Below, piece by piece: positions 1-8,108 of a DNA stretch of 23,907 nucleotides; within the stretch, counting starts at the first letter, position 1, and each line of letters opens with the position of its first letter. Under the pieces are notes generated by a model that was not told where the DNA came from, did no database searches, and saw only the letters and a program-made list of their open reading frames with translations. A program made the position numbers and the translations under genes. Origin of the DNA: Nanobdellota archaeon (GTDB lineage Archaea > Nanobdellota > Nanobdellia > Woesearchaeales > JACPBV01); the NCBI GenBank assembly GCA_034660355.1, contig JAYEIZ010000331.1, positions 1 through 23,907 of the forward strand, in the 5' to 3' direction.

Positions 1-12
1 TTTGTATCCCAT
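1..12 (-). CDS. 5' end of an unidentified gene running off the left edge (only ATG-GGA-TAC-AAA visible)
   Basis: The reverse complement of 1-24 reads GAGGTG-AAAAAA-ATGGGATACAAA. That is a GAGGTG Shine-Dalgarno 6 nt before an ATG at 12..10. Too short to identify. Confidence 0.3.
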
Positions 13-28
13 TTTTTTCACCTCTATA

Positions 29-52
29 TTATCTAGTTATATAACTAGATAA
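29..52. promoter_or_regulatory. 24-bp perfect palindrome ttatctagttat|ataactagataa in the promoter region of the left-edge gene; candidate operator
   Basis: Positions 29-40 are the exact reverse complement of 41-52. On the minus strand a TTTATATA box (65..58) lies just upstream, so the palindrome sits about where transcription would start. Confidence 0.5.
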
Positions 53-176
53 CTTATATATAAACTTTTCGGTTTTAGAATACAAAAAATAGAAATGTCT
101 TATCGAGAGAAAGTGCAAAAGTTTAATTTATAATAAGTAAAGAATACAAATAAAACACAAAATTCTTAGAAATAAT

Positions 177-569
177 CTATTTCTTAGCCTTATCATTAAA
201 TTTCTTAAAACTTTCAACTAAATCAATCATGTATTTACCTTCTTCCATCTTGAATATTAATGGTTCACCTTTGAATAGATGCACTAAGTCCAGCTCGTAT
301 TTTCCTGGTTTTAGAACTCTGATTGCTTCGAGGTCAAGAACAACAGGTTCATCCTTATCAACCTCGCTGCCAACTAAATCAAAAACGTCTTTTTCTATCT
401 GTTCTTTATCCTCAGGAGTTAGCTTAATGTTAGCAGCTAGCTTTTCGGCTTCTTCTATTTTTTCCTTCCTTACATAGAAAAAGAGTTTACCACCGCATTT
501 ACACCCTTTTATTATTTCAGTAGCTCCATCTTCATAGAATGTACTGCATCTTACACATTGGTGTGGCAT
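177..569 (-). CDS. Archaeal Zn-ribbon protein (DUF2072 / OapC-like)
   Basis: N-terminal CxxC...CxC (C5,C8,C23,C25: HQCVRCSTFYEDGATEIIKGCKCGG). Third gene of the conserved archaeal GTPase-DUF2073-Zn-ribbon trio. The start lies 1 nt after the upstream stop. Confidence 0.7.
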   Translation of the reverse strand: MPHQCVRCSTFYEDGATEIIKGCKCGGKLFFYVRKEKIEEAEKLAANIKLTPEDKEQIEKDVFDLVGSEVDKDEPVVLDLEAIRVLKPGKYELDLVHLFKGEPLIFKMEEGKYMIDLVESFKKFNDKAKK

Positions 570-570
570 T

Positions 571-960
571 TTATTTCTTCTTTTTTGGTTTTATATCCTT
601 AGTAAACAGTTCTATCTTATTGGGATCCTTCTTGATTTGTTTTACCACAGTAGCTGGACCTATTACAGTAAATCCTTGTCTGTCTCCAAGTAACATGTTA
701 ATTACTCCATTTTTGATTCCGTTGAAAAAGCCCTCATCTTTCTTTGGGGGGTTGATAACAGCTAATTCAATTCCTTTGAATTTGTTATCAATCTCTTCCA
801 TTGTTATCTCTATCAGGTCTTTTTCCTCTTCTTCCTTTAATCTTCCCTGTAGTAATACTATTTTGTTCTGCTTTGCTATATCGAGTAACTTATTTACTCT
901 CCTAGCAGGTCCCAGATGCTCTATCTCTGAATACGGAACAAATTGCAAAACTAATCCCAT
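571..960 (-). CDS. Conserved archaeal protein (DUF2073 / OapB-like)
   Basis: 129-aa ORF between the GTPase and the Zn-ribbon gene, with GAGGTG 4 nt upstream of the ATG. The family call rests on synteny and size; I recognise no catalytic motif. Confidence 0.55.
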   Translation of the reverse strand: MGLVLQFVPYSEIEHLGPARRVNKLLDIAKQNKIVLLQGRLKEEEEKDLIEITMEEIDNKFKGIELAVINPPKKDEGFFNGIKNGVINMLLGDRQGFTVIGPATVVKQIKKDPNKIELFTKDIKPKKKK

Positions 961-973
961 TTTACACCTCTTT

Positions 974-1606
974 TTATACTAAAGCAAATAAACCTTCATA
1001 AAACTTGTCAATATTATTCCCATACTTTCCAGATATGCCGACAACTTCATATTGTGGAAATGCTGCCTGAATCTTCTTTATCTTTGCTTTCTTAAGATCG
1101 ATCTTGTTTGCTATAATCAATACAGGGATGTCTCTTGCCTGTAAGTTACCGATTATAGTTATATTAACCTGTGAGTAAGGGTCTTTTGTTGCATCTAAAA
1201 CTATAACAACAGTATCCATTTCATCAAGCCATTTTATAGCATCTATAACTCCTTTTGTTGCTTCTTTTGCTCTTGATTTAGCCTCTTTTTCTTTCATTCC
1301 TACCTTTAGGAAATCTTCGTAATCTATCTTTGTTGCTATTCCTGGCGTGTCAACAAGATTGAAGTTAAGCTCTTTTCCTTTAGATTTTATTGTTATCTGC
1401 TCTTTTATTTGGATTTCTCTGGTTTCGTGAGCCACATTACTTACACTACCCATGTCTTCCCCTAACCAATCCTGGCAGATTCTATTAGCTAGAGTAGTCT
1501 TTCCACCATTTGGCGGGCCATATAGCCCTAACCTAATCTGTTTTTTCTTCTTAAAAATATTTCTAAGAACCTTGTTTATGAATTTCTTAACAATACTTAT
1601 TACCAT
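974..1606 (-). CDS. Small P-loop GTPase (OapA-like, Era/HSR1-type)
   Basis: G1 GPPNGGKTT, G3 DTPG, G4 NKID. First gene of the trio. Confidence 0.8.
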   Translation of the reverse strand: MVISIVKKFINKVLRNIFKKKKQIRLGLYGPPNGGKTTLANRICQDWLGEDMGSVSNVAHETREIQIKEQITIKSKGKELNFNLVDTPGIATKIDYEDFLKVGMKEKEAKSRAKEATKGVIDAIKWLDEMDTVVIVLDATKDPYSQVNITIIGNLQARDIPVLIIANKIDLKKAKIKKIQAAFPQYEVVGISGKYGNNIDKFYEGLFALV

Positions 1607-1685
1607 TTAACTCCACTCTTTAATCTTAAATTTACATTCTATTAGTTTATATATTTTGTGTTTTTTTAACTCTGAGATAGAAACT

Positions 1686-1693
1686 TTTAAATA
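1686..1693 (+). promoter_or_regulatory. TATA box (TTTAAATA) for the 1716 gene; probably a leaderless transcript
   Basis: Archaeal TTTAWATA consensus 22 nt upstream of the ATG at 1716. No SD in between. Confidence 0.45.
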
Positions 1694-1715
1694 AATTCCT
1701 TTTCTGTTCAGTATT

Positions 1716-2267
1716 ATGGATAAAGTAGTAAAAACAGATATATTATTTGTTCTTTCAGATGTTATAGATATATTAAAGGTTAAAGAAGAACGAGATACTG
1801 TTGATTTGAAAGAGTTAAGTAATCATACCATACATAATGCTTCTATCTTTCAAGATGAAGATAGTGTAAGCATAGCAATACTAATTTATTCTTTGTCTAA
1901 GGTTATTGAAAGAAGAGAGGGAAAACTGAACTATAATTCTTTGTTGAGTCTATTGAAATCAGCGAAAGACAACCTTGAAGCTGGAAAATTCGACATTTAT
2001 AGAAATAATATAGAGAAGATATTTAATTTTATTTCCACAGTGGACTCTAAGTTAGAGCTCTATGTTGAGGAAGTTGTAGGCCAGGCACAGATAAAGAAAA
2101 GTAGCAAGTTGTATGATCATGGGATCTCTTTAGCGAGAGCATCTGAACTTATGGGGGCTTCTCAATGGGATTTAATGTCTTATATTGGGAAAACAACACT
2201 GACTAATCTGGGTGGGGGAGTATCTATTAAAGATAGGCTTAATTATACAAGGAGTTTATTTAGATGA
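1716..2267 (+). CDS. Helical protein with a C-terminal UPF0175/COG2886-like HTH (antitoxin-like) module
   Basis: The C-terminal LYDHGISLARASELMGASQWDLMSYIG resembles the UPF0175 'ISLGKAAELLGMSRWEF' HTH. I do not recognise the ~120-aa N-terminal extension. The stop overlaps the next ATG (ATGA at 2264-2267). Confidence 0.5.
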   Translation: MDKVVKTDILFVLSDVIDILKVKEERDTVDLKELSNHTIHNASIFQDEDSVSIAILIYSLSKVIERREGKLNYNSLLSLLKSAKDNLEAGKFDIYRNNIEKIFNFISTVDSKLELYVEEVVGQAQIKKSSKLYDHGISLARASELMGASQWDLMSYIGKTTLTNLGGGVSIKDRLNYTRSLFR

Positions 2268-2968
2268 AAGCGTTAGTATTTGATACAGGGCCAATCATAA
2301 GCTTAACCTTGAATAATCTTCTTGGGCTCTTAACTAACCTTAAACCCAAATATAAAGGTTATTTTTATATTACTCCTGCAATAAGAGATGAAGTAATAGA
2401 CCGCCCATTAAATTCAAAGAAGTTTAAGTTTGAAGCATTACAAGTTCTAAGAAGCTGGCATAATAATATTCTTGAGGTTTTTGAAGATCCCCAGTTGAAT
2501 AAAAAAACAAATGATTTGATGGACTTAGCAAATCAATGTTTTGAAGCTCGTGGTAATTACATCCATATTGTTCATTTTGCTGAAATCTCAGGAGTAGTTG
2601 CTACTGTAATGACTAAAGCAGAAGCTTTTGTTGTTGATGAAAGGACAACCCGGTTATTAATAGAGCATCCAGAGAGATTAAGAAGTATATTATCAAGAAA
2701 ATTACATACTAGTGTTACTGTAAATAAGAAAAACTTAAGGCAGTTTCTAGACTTTGCAAAGGGAGTAAAGCTAATAAGATCAGCAGAGCTTGTTACAATT
2801 GCATATGAACTGGGTTTACTAGATAAGTATATAGTCAATATACCTAATCCTAAAAAAACACTTTTAGAAGCAGTTCTTTGGGCAGTAAAACTTAATGGTT
2901 GTGCTATTTCAGAAAGAGAAGTGGTTGAGATAATTAAGATGGAAACTAAATCCCAAAGCTTTAAATAA
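2264..2968 (+). CDS. PIN-domain nuclease-like protein (COG2405/DUF3368-like, enlarged)
   Basis: MKALVFDTGPIISL (beta1 Asp), ITPAIRDEV (Glu), HFAEISGVV and AFVVDERTTRLL (Asp), then a C-terminal SAELVTIAYELGLL helix as in COG2405 PIN proteins. Translationally coupled to the HTH gene. Confidence 0.55.
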   Translation: MKALVFDTGPIISLTLNNLLGLLTNLKPKYKGYFYITPAIRDEVIDRPLNSKKFKFEALQVLRSWHNNILEVFEDPQLNKKTNDLMDLANQCFEARGNYIHIVHFAEISGVVATVMTKAEAFVVDERTTRLLIEHPERLRSILSRKLHTSVTVNKKNLRQFLDFAKGVKLIRSAELVTIAYELGLLDKYIVNIPNPKKTLLEAVLWAVKLNGCAISEREVVEIIKMETKSQSFK

Positions 2969-2989
2969 ATTCTTAGATTAACTTTTCAT

Positions 2990-4513
2990 GTGATAAAAGG
3001 CCAAATAATTTCTGGGGAACATGGGAAAATTCTTATTAGGCAGAAAGCAGATTCAGATATAGAACTTGGAGAGCTTCTTGTTACAGAAACAGAAGATTCT
3101 AAGGTTTTACTGCAAGCAGTAAATCTTTTGTATGGTTCGCAATTATCCCAGCAAAACCTAGAGTTGATATCTGGAATGGGTTTAGAGGATAATGATAAAT
3201 TAGAATTTATGGACCCTAAATTAAGGAATTATAATCTGGCTGTGTTGAAGAATTTAATAACAATCAAAGAAAATAATGCAGGAATATCTAAGAAACTGCC
3301 TAGTTTTTTTTCTTCTGTCAAAAGCCTTGAGAAGAAGGACCTTAAATTTCTTACTCAACCAAAAAATCCCTTGTTTCTTGGCAATATCAGGAGCGGAAGT
3401 AAGGTTTTAGATTTTCCAATATATCTAAATGGTGAAGATGCACTTTCTCACCATATATTGGTGCCGGCAACAACTGGCAGGGGCAAATCTAACTTATGTT
3501 CGGTAATTCTATGGGAAGCGACATCTAATGATTATTGTGGTTTTTTGGTGCTGGATCCTCATGATGAATATTACGGCAGAAACAAATTGGGATTAAAAGA
3601 CCATCCTTCCAAAGAAAAAGCAGTATATTATACACCTAACGATGTTCCTCCGGGTGGGAAAACATTAAAGATTAATCTTAAATTAATAAAACCTCAGCAC
3701 TTCAACGGTGTTGTAGATTGGTCAGATCCTCAAACACAAGCACTATATCAATATTATAAGGAATATGGGGGTGAATGGATTGAAGCTATAGTTTTAGATA
3801 AGCCATTAAAAGCAGATTTCTTTGAAGGAACATTATCAGTTGTTAAGAGGAGAATAATGTCACTATTGGATCTAGAACTTACCAATAATCAGCTCTTTTG
3901 CAACGGAATATTTGATTTGCAGGCAGGCGAAACTACTATTGCAGATATATGTAATGAATTAGAGGGAGCAAAGACCGTAATAATAGATACATCAGATTTC
4001 CAAGGCAGTGTTGAAATACTAATAGGGGGCCTAATCACAACTGAAATCTTTTCAAAATATAAGCGATACAAAATGAAAGGTTTGTTGAAAGAAAAACCAG
4101 TCATATCAGTAATATTAGAGGAAGCGCCTCGCGTATTAGGCAAGGATGCATTAGAAAAAGGCCCAAATATATTCTCAACAATAGCAAGAGAAGGAAGAAA
4201 ATTCAAAGTAGGGTTATTTGCAATAACGCAATTACCCTCATTAATCCCAAAACAGATATTAGCTAATATGAATACAAAAATAATCTTAGGTATAGAGATG
4301 CAGCCTGAACGTGATGCAATAATACAAAGTTCAGCTCAGGATCTTTCAGATGATGATAGAAATATTGCTTCTTTGGATAAAGGGGAAGCAATCATTAGCA
4401 GTAATTTTGCAAAGTTTGCAACCCCTATAAAAATCCCATTATTTGAAGACTTTGTTAAACAAGATAAAAAAGAAGATGTTAAGAAGGATTTCTCAGGAGT
4501 AAGTTTGAGCTAG
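2990..4513 (+). CDS. HerA-like FtsK/HerA-superfamily ATPase (DUF87, HAS-barrel + P-loop)
   Basis: Walker [12 protein letters not shown], Walker [31 protein letters not shown] (the HerA 'REGRKyG...SQrP' motif), and an N-terminal barrel-like [15 protein letters not shown]...GELLV. GTG is the only in-frame start after the stop at 2966. Confidence 0.8.
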   Translation: MIKGQIISGEHGKILIRQKADSDIELGELLVTETEDSKVLLQAVNLLYGSQLSQQNLELISGMGLEDNDKLEFMDPKLRNYNLAVLKNLITIKENNAGISKKLPSFFSSVKSLEKKDLKFLTQPKNPLFLGNIRSGSKVLDFPIYLNGEDALSHHILVPATTGRGKSNLCSVILWEATSNDYCGFLVLDPHDEYYGRNKLGLKDHPSKEKAVYYTPNDVPPGGKTLKINLKLIKPQHFNGVVDWSDPQTQALYQYYKEYGGEWIEAIVLDKPLKADFFEGTLSVVKRRIMSLLDLELTNNQLFCNGIFDLQAGETTIADICNELEGAKTVIIDTSDFQGSVEILIGGLITTEIFSKYKRYKMKGLLKEKPVISVILEEAPRVLGKDALEKGPNIFSTIAREGRKFKVGLFAITQLPSLIPKQILANMNTKIILGIEMQPERDAIIQSSAQDLSDDDRNIASLDKGEAIISSNFAKFATPIKIPLFEDFVKQDKKEDVKKDFSGVSLS

Positions 4514-4798
4514 TTATTCTTTTCTTTTGAATATTTTTGCAATTGGAGTGCTCTTTAAATTTATTGTTCCATCATGCCTTACTATTGGAACACCCACTTT
4601 AAGGTGCCTTAGTTTTAATTTATCTTTACCTTTTTTATCCCCTAACTGGATGATGGGCATATCATCCTTTCCGAAATCTTGTGTTAAGCCCACTAATTGC
4701 CTGCAATTAAATGCTCCGCCATGATGGAAAAGCCTTTTGTCAAATGTAACATGAAATAGACTTCCGGATCCTGTTTCGATAATGAACTCTTCTTTCAT
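4514..4798 (-). CDS. Hypothetical 94-aa protein
   Basis: Intact ORF with a BRE/TATA (TTAAATAT at 4830..4823) 24 nt upstream of the ATG. No motif recognised. Confidence 0.45.
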   Translation of the reverse strand: MKEEFIIETGSGSLFHVTFDKRLFHHGGAFNCRQLVGLTQDFGKDDMPIIQLGDKKGKDKLKLRHLKVGVPIVRHDGTINLKSTPIAKIFKRKE

Positions 4799-4894
4799 AA
4801 TAATACTAATTTTCTTAATTGAATATTTAATCTTTTCTGTTTTATTCTCTTTTTATGCGATAATATTATAAATTATCCTAGAATACCTTTTCTC

Positions 4895-6103
4895 ATGAAA
4901 TTTGCTCATCTGGCAGATTGCCACATAGGTGGGTGGCGCGACCCTAAGCTAAAGAATATAGCAGCACAAGCCTTTGAAAAAGCAATAGACTTGTCTTTAG
5001 GTAAAGATGTAGATTTTGTAGTAATTTCTGGAGATTTATTTAATACGTCATTGCCTTCTATTGATGGGCTAAAGCTAGTTGTGAGAAAATTAAAAGAGTT
5101 GAAAGATAATAATGTTCCAGTTTACATGATTGCAGGTTCACATGATTTTTCTCCATCTGGAAAAACAATGCTTGATGTTTTAGAGGGAGCTGGATTAGCT
5201 ATAAATGTAGTTAAAGGAGAAGAGATAGATGGAAAATTAAGGCTAAATTTTACAGTAGATAAGAAGACAGGAGCTAAGATTACTGGGTTACTTGGTAAAA
5301 AAGGTGGGCTAGAGAAAGGATATTATGAAGACTTATTGAAAGAAGAGCTGGAGAATGAAAGCGGTTATAAGATATTCTTATTTCATTCCTTGCTTTCTGA
5401 GCTAAAACCAAAGGAGTTAGAGAAAGTTGATTCTCAACCATTGAGTTTACTTCCTAAGAACTTCAATTACTATGCTGGCGGCCATCCGCATATTGTTACT
5501 GATTCAGCTATAGAAGGTTATGGTACAATAGCTTATCCTGGCCCTTTGTTTCCAAACAACTTCAGAGAACTAGAGACATTGGGTAGTGGCGGTTTTTATA
5601 TTGTTGAAGACAATAAACCAAGATTTGAACCAATACAGATTTATAATACATTTCATATCAAGATTAAAGCAGACCATAAAAATCCTCAAAAGATTACTGA
5701 TGAAATACTTGATGTGATAGATGGCAAGGAATTTAATGATACTATTATTACAATAAGGATAGATGGAACTTTAGAGAGTGGAAAGCCAGCTGATATAGAT
5801 TTTAAAAGAATATTTGAAAGGTTGTATGAGAAGAGCGCTTACTTTGTTATGAAGAACACTACTTCTTTGGTTTCTAAAGAGTTTGAAGAGATAAAGATAG
5901 ATGCTAAGAATGTAGGGGATGTAGAAGAGAAGATAATCAATGAACATCTGGGCAAGATCAAGATTGAGGATTTAAGTGTAGAAAAAGAAAAAGAGTTGAC
6001 TAAAGAATTAATGAATGTTTTATCATCAGAAAGGGGAGATGAGAAGGTAGCTGATTTTGAGAAAAGAATCCAGGAAGATGTTGAGAATATTTTAGGATTA
6101 TAA
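4895..6103 (+). CDS. mre11: Mre11/SbcD-family calcineurin-like metallophosphoesterase
   Basis: Motif I HLADCHIG, II ISGDLFN, III AGSHD (Ser where Mre11/SbcD normally has GNHD), IV LFHS, V GGHPH. The C-terminus is a charged helical tail. Confidence 0.7.
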   Translation: MKFAHLADCHIGGWRDPKLKNIAAQAFEKAIDLSLGKDVDFVVISGDLFNTSLPSIDGLKLVVRKLKELKDNNVPVYMIAGSHDFSPSGKTMLDVLEGAGLAINVVKGEEIDGKLRLNFTVDKKTGAKITGLLGKKGGLEKGYYEDLLKEELENESGYKIFLFHSLLSELKPKELEKVDSQPLSLLPKNFNYYAGGHPHIVTDSAIEGYGTIAYPGPLFPNNFRELETLGSGGFYIVEDNKPRFEPIQIYNTFHIKIKADHKNPQKITDEILDVIDGKEFNDTIITIRIDGTLESGKPADIDFKRIFERLYEKSAYFVMKNTTSLVSKEFEEIKIDAKNVGDVEEKIINEHLGKIKIEDLSVEKEKELTKELMNVLSSERGDEKVADFEKRIQEDVENILGL

Positions 6104-7522
6104 TTTTATTAGATCTTTTAGGATTTCTAGTACTTCTTTAGGGCTTGCTTTGCCTCTGCTTTCTTTCATAACCAAGCCCACAACAAAATTCAAAGCTTTT
6201 TCTTTTCCAGCTTTGAACTCTTCAACAGCTTTTGCGCCTTCTTTTATTGCTTCTTTACAAAGTTTTTCAATCTCTCTACTATCATCCATTAGTTCTAAGC
6301 CTTCTTTCTTAACGTGTTCCTTAATGTCAAATGCTTCTTCAACTAGCTTTTCTATAATCTTTTGTGCAACATTCTCTGTTATTTTCTTATCCTCAATCAA
6401 CTTTAACAAATCAATCAAGTGTATATGCTGGATTTCTGTTTCAGCTAGCTTTTTTTTGTTATAGTTTAATACTCTGGCTAGTTCTCTTCTTACCCATTTT
6501 GCAGCCAGCTCAGGATTTATTGCTGTTGAAACGGCTTCAAACATCTCTGCTAAAGCCTTATCTTTTGAAATTACCTTAGCCATCTCTTCTTTTATTCCGT
6601 GCTTTTTTGTGAATTTCTCTAACTTTTCATGTGCTAACTCGGGCATATTCTTTTTTATCTCACTAACCCATTCTTTTGTTAGCTCAATCTTGACTAAATC
6701 AGGATCCATAATATAACCATAATCTGCTTCAGTCTCCTTTGTTCTTAATGAGAATGTAAGGCCTTTTTCAGAGTCCCAAGCACGTGTTTCTTGCTTTAGC
6801 TTCTTGCCTTCTTCAATATCTCTTTTCTGCCTTATTACTTCGTACTTTAAGGCTCTTTCAATATCCTTAAATCCAGTAATGTTTTTTATTTCACTTCTTA
6901 TATAACCCGATTCTTTTATAGAAACATTAGCATCTGCTTTTATAATACAATTATCAACATCAAATATCTCTAAGTATCCTAATATTGTTATTAATTGATT
7001 CATAAAGTCACGGGCTTCTTCTGGAGAAGTCATATCTGGTTCAGTCACAACTTCCACTAATGGATCGCCGCTTCTATTGTAGTCAACTAAGACAAACTTC
7101 GAATCTCTTATTCCTGCTGGATGAACTAAAGCGGCAGGATCCTCTTCCATGTGTATTCTTACTAAGCCAATCTCTTTACCTTTTTCAAGTTTCATTGCGC
7201 CTTCTGTTGCTAAAGGGACTTCGTATTGAGATATTTGGTAATTCTTTGCCATGTCTGGATAAAAATATGATTTTCTTGAGAATATGAGTTCTGGAGAAAT
7301 TTTAGAGTTAGTTGCTAAAGCTAATTTTATAGCATATTCAACTGCTTTTTTATTTAATACTGGTTTAGAACCTGGATGGCCTAAACAAACTTCACAACAT
7401 CTGGTGTTTGGTTGTTCTCCATCTTCTCCAGCCCGTTTACAGCCACAGAATAGCTTACTTTTAGTAGCTAATTCAACATGGCATTCAATACCTATAACAA
7501 TATCTGATGTGAATTTTTCCAT
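6098..7522 (-). CDS. gatB: Asp/Glu-tRNA(Asn/Gln) amidotransferase subunit B
   Basis: VIGIECHVEL, CEVCLGHPGSKP, DYNRSGDPLVEVVTEPD, and a GatB/YqeY-like tail. I prefer the ATG at 7522 (MEKF...; GAGGT 5 nt upstream) over the track start at 7537. Confidence 0.9.
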   Translation of the reverse strand: MEKFTSDIVIGIECHVELATKSKLFCGCKRAGEDGEQPNTRCCEVCLGHPGSKPVLNKKAVEYAIKLALATNSKISPELIFSRKSYFYPDMAKNYQISQYEVPLATEGAMKLEKGKEIGLVRIHMEEDPAALVHPAGIRDSKFVLVDYNRSGDPLVEVVTEPDMTSPEEARDFMNQLITILGYLEIFDVDNCIIKADANVSIKESGYIRSEIKNITGFKDIERALKYEVIRQKRDIEEGKKLKQETRAWDSEKGLTFSLRTKETEADYGYIMDPDLVKIELTKEWVSEIKKNMPELAHEKLEKFTKKHGIKEEMAKVISKDKALAEMFEAVSTAINPELAAKWVRRELARVLNYNKKKLAETEIQHIHLIDLLKLIEDKKITENVAQKIIEKLVEEAFDIKEHVKKEGLELMDDSREIEKLCKEAIKEGAKAVEEFKAGKEKALNFVVGLVMKESRGKASPKEVLEILKDLIKL

Positions 7523-7523
7523 C

Positions 7524-8108
7524 TTACCTCGCATCATGCTTATTTCCTTCTGTCATAGGCATGCAAATTACCTCATTTATTACTAAGTTCTCCATGAAAT
7601 CACCTGAGTATGCGCTTCTTAGTATAACTGCTGTGTCGCAACCTTTGCTTGTTCCTGCAACAACTAATATATTTTCTCCTGCAGGAATTACTCCATTATC
7701 TGTTGCCATTAAAGAGACCTCTACACAAACCTTAATCCCTTCACAAAAGGTTCTATATGTATCTGCTACAATAAGTAAGGGATAGGTGCCTGACCATCTT
7801 TTAGCAATTGATCTTTCTCCTGCACTAAGGGTATGAGTTGAATTAACCAATTTTATTTCTTTTTCCTTTAGTTTAGATGAATTCTCTTCAAGAGCTTCTT
7901 TTTTTTCGGGTTTCATCCCAGCATGGTAGCTTACACAAACAACATTCTCACAAACACCTGCAAACTTAAGTGCAGTTTCGCCCGTTCCTGAAGCAACCAC
8001 TAACTGCTTAATATCTCCTTCTACTATTCTTCTTTTAACTGCTTCAATACATTCATCTGTATTGCTTCTGCCTGGTTTTTCAAAATAGATTATTTCTTTT
8101 TTGATCAT
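7524..8108 (-). CDS. Pyruvate-kinase C-terminal-domain-like protein (MTH1675/AF0103-like family), function unknown
   Basis: ~190-aa archaeal protein starting IIYFEKPGRSNTDE...VVASGTGETA, typical of that family as I remember it. ATGA overlap with the gatA stop (8105-8108). Confidence 0.5.
   Translation of the reverse strand: MIKKEIIYFEKPGRSNTDECIEAVKRRIVEGDIKQLVVASGTGETALKFAGVCENVVCVSYHAGMKPEKKEALEENSSKLKEKEIKLVNSTHTLSAGERSIAKRWSGTYPLLIVADTYRTFCEGIKVCVEVSLMATDNGVIPAGENILVVAGTSKGCDTAVILRSAYSGDFMENLVINEVICMPMTEGNKHDAR

Noticed and set aside
77-150. Direct 10-mer repeat agaatacaaa (77-86 and 141-150) as origin-recognition-box-like elements near the Oap-like genes.
   Set aside because: It is too short and AT-rich to be significant in this composition. 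There is no G-string or longer ORB-like consensus and no inverted arrangement around an unwinding element.
229-982. Plus-strand ORFs 229..477 and 539..982 opposite the Zn-ribbon and DUF2073 genes. The same applies to similar antisense ORFs at 2572..2838, 3889..4206, 4527..4724, 6150..6579, 7060..7785, 8890..9407, 9554..9751, 10435..10659, 11428..11646, 13494..13814, 20213..20398, 21478..21723 and 22388..23455.
   Set aside because: They are shadow ORFs on the opposite strand of genes with clear family motifs. Their translations are low-complexity S/L/F/P-rich strings with no motifs, start signals or promoters.
2990-4513. The HerA-like ATPase as a VirB4/TraC-type conjugation or viral packaging ATPase marking a mobile element.
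   Set aside because: The window has no other type IV secretion, capsid, integrase or relaxase genes and no flanking repeats. The motifs (ILEEA, REGRKF..TQLPS) fit the HerA clade.
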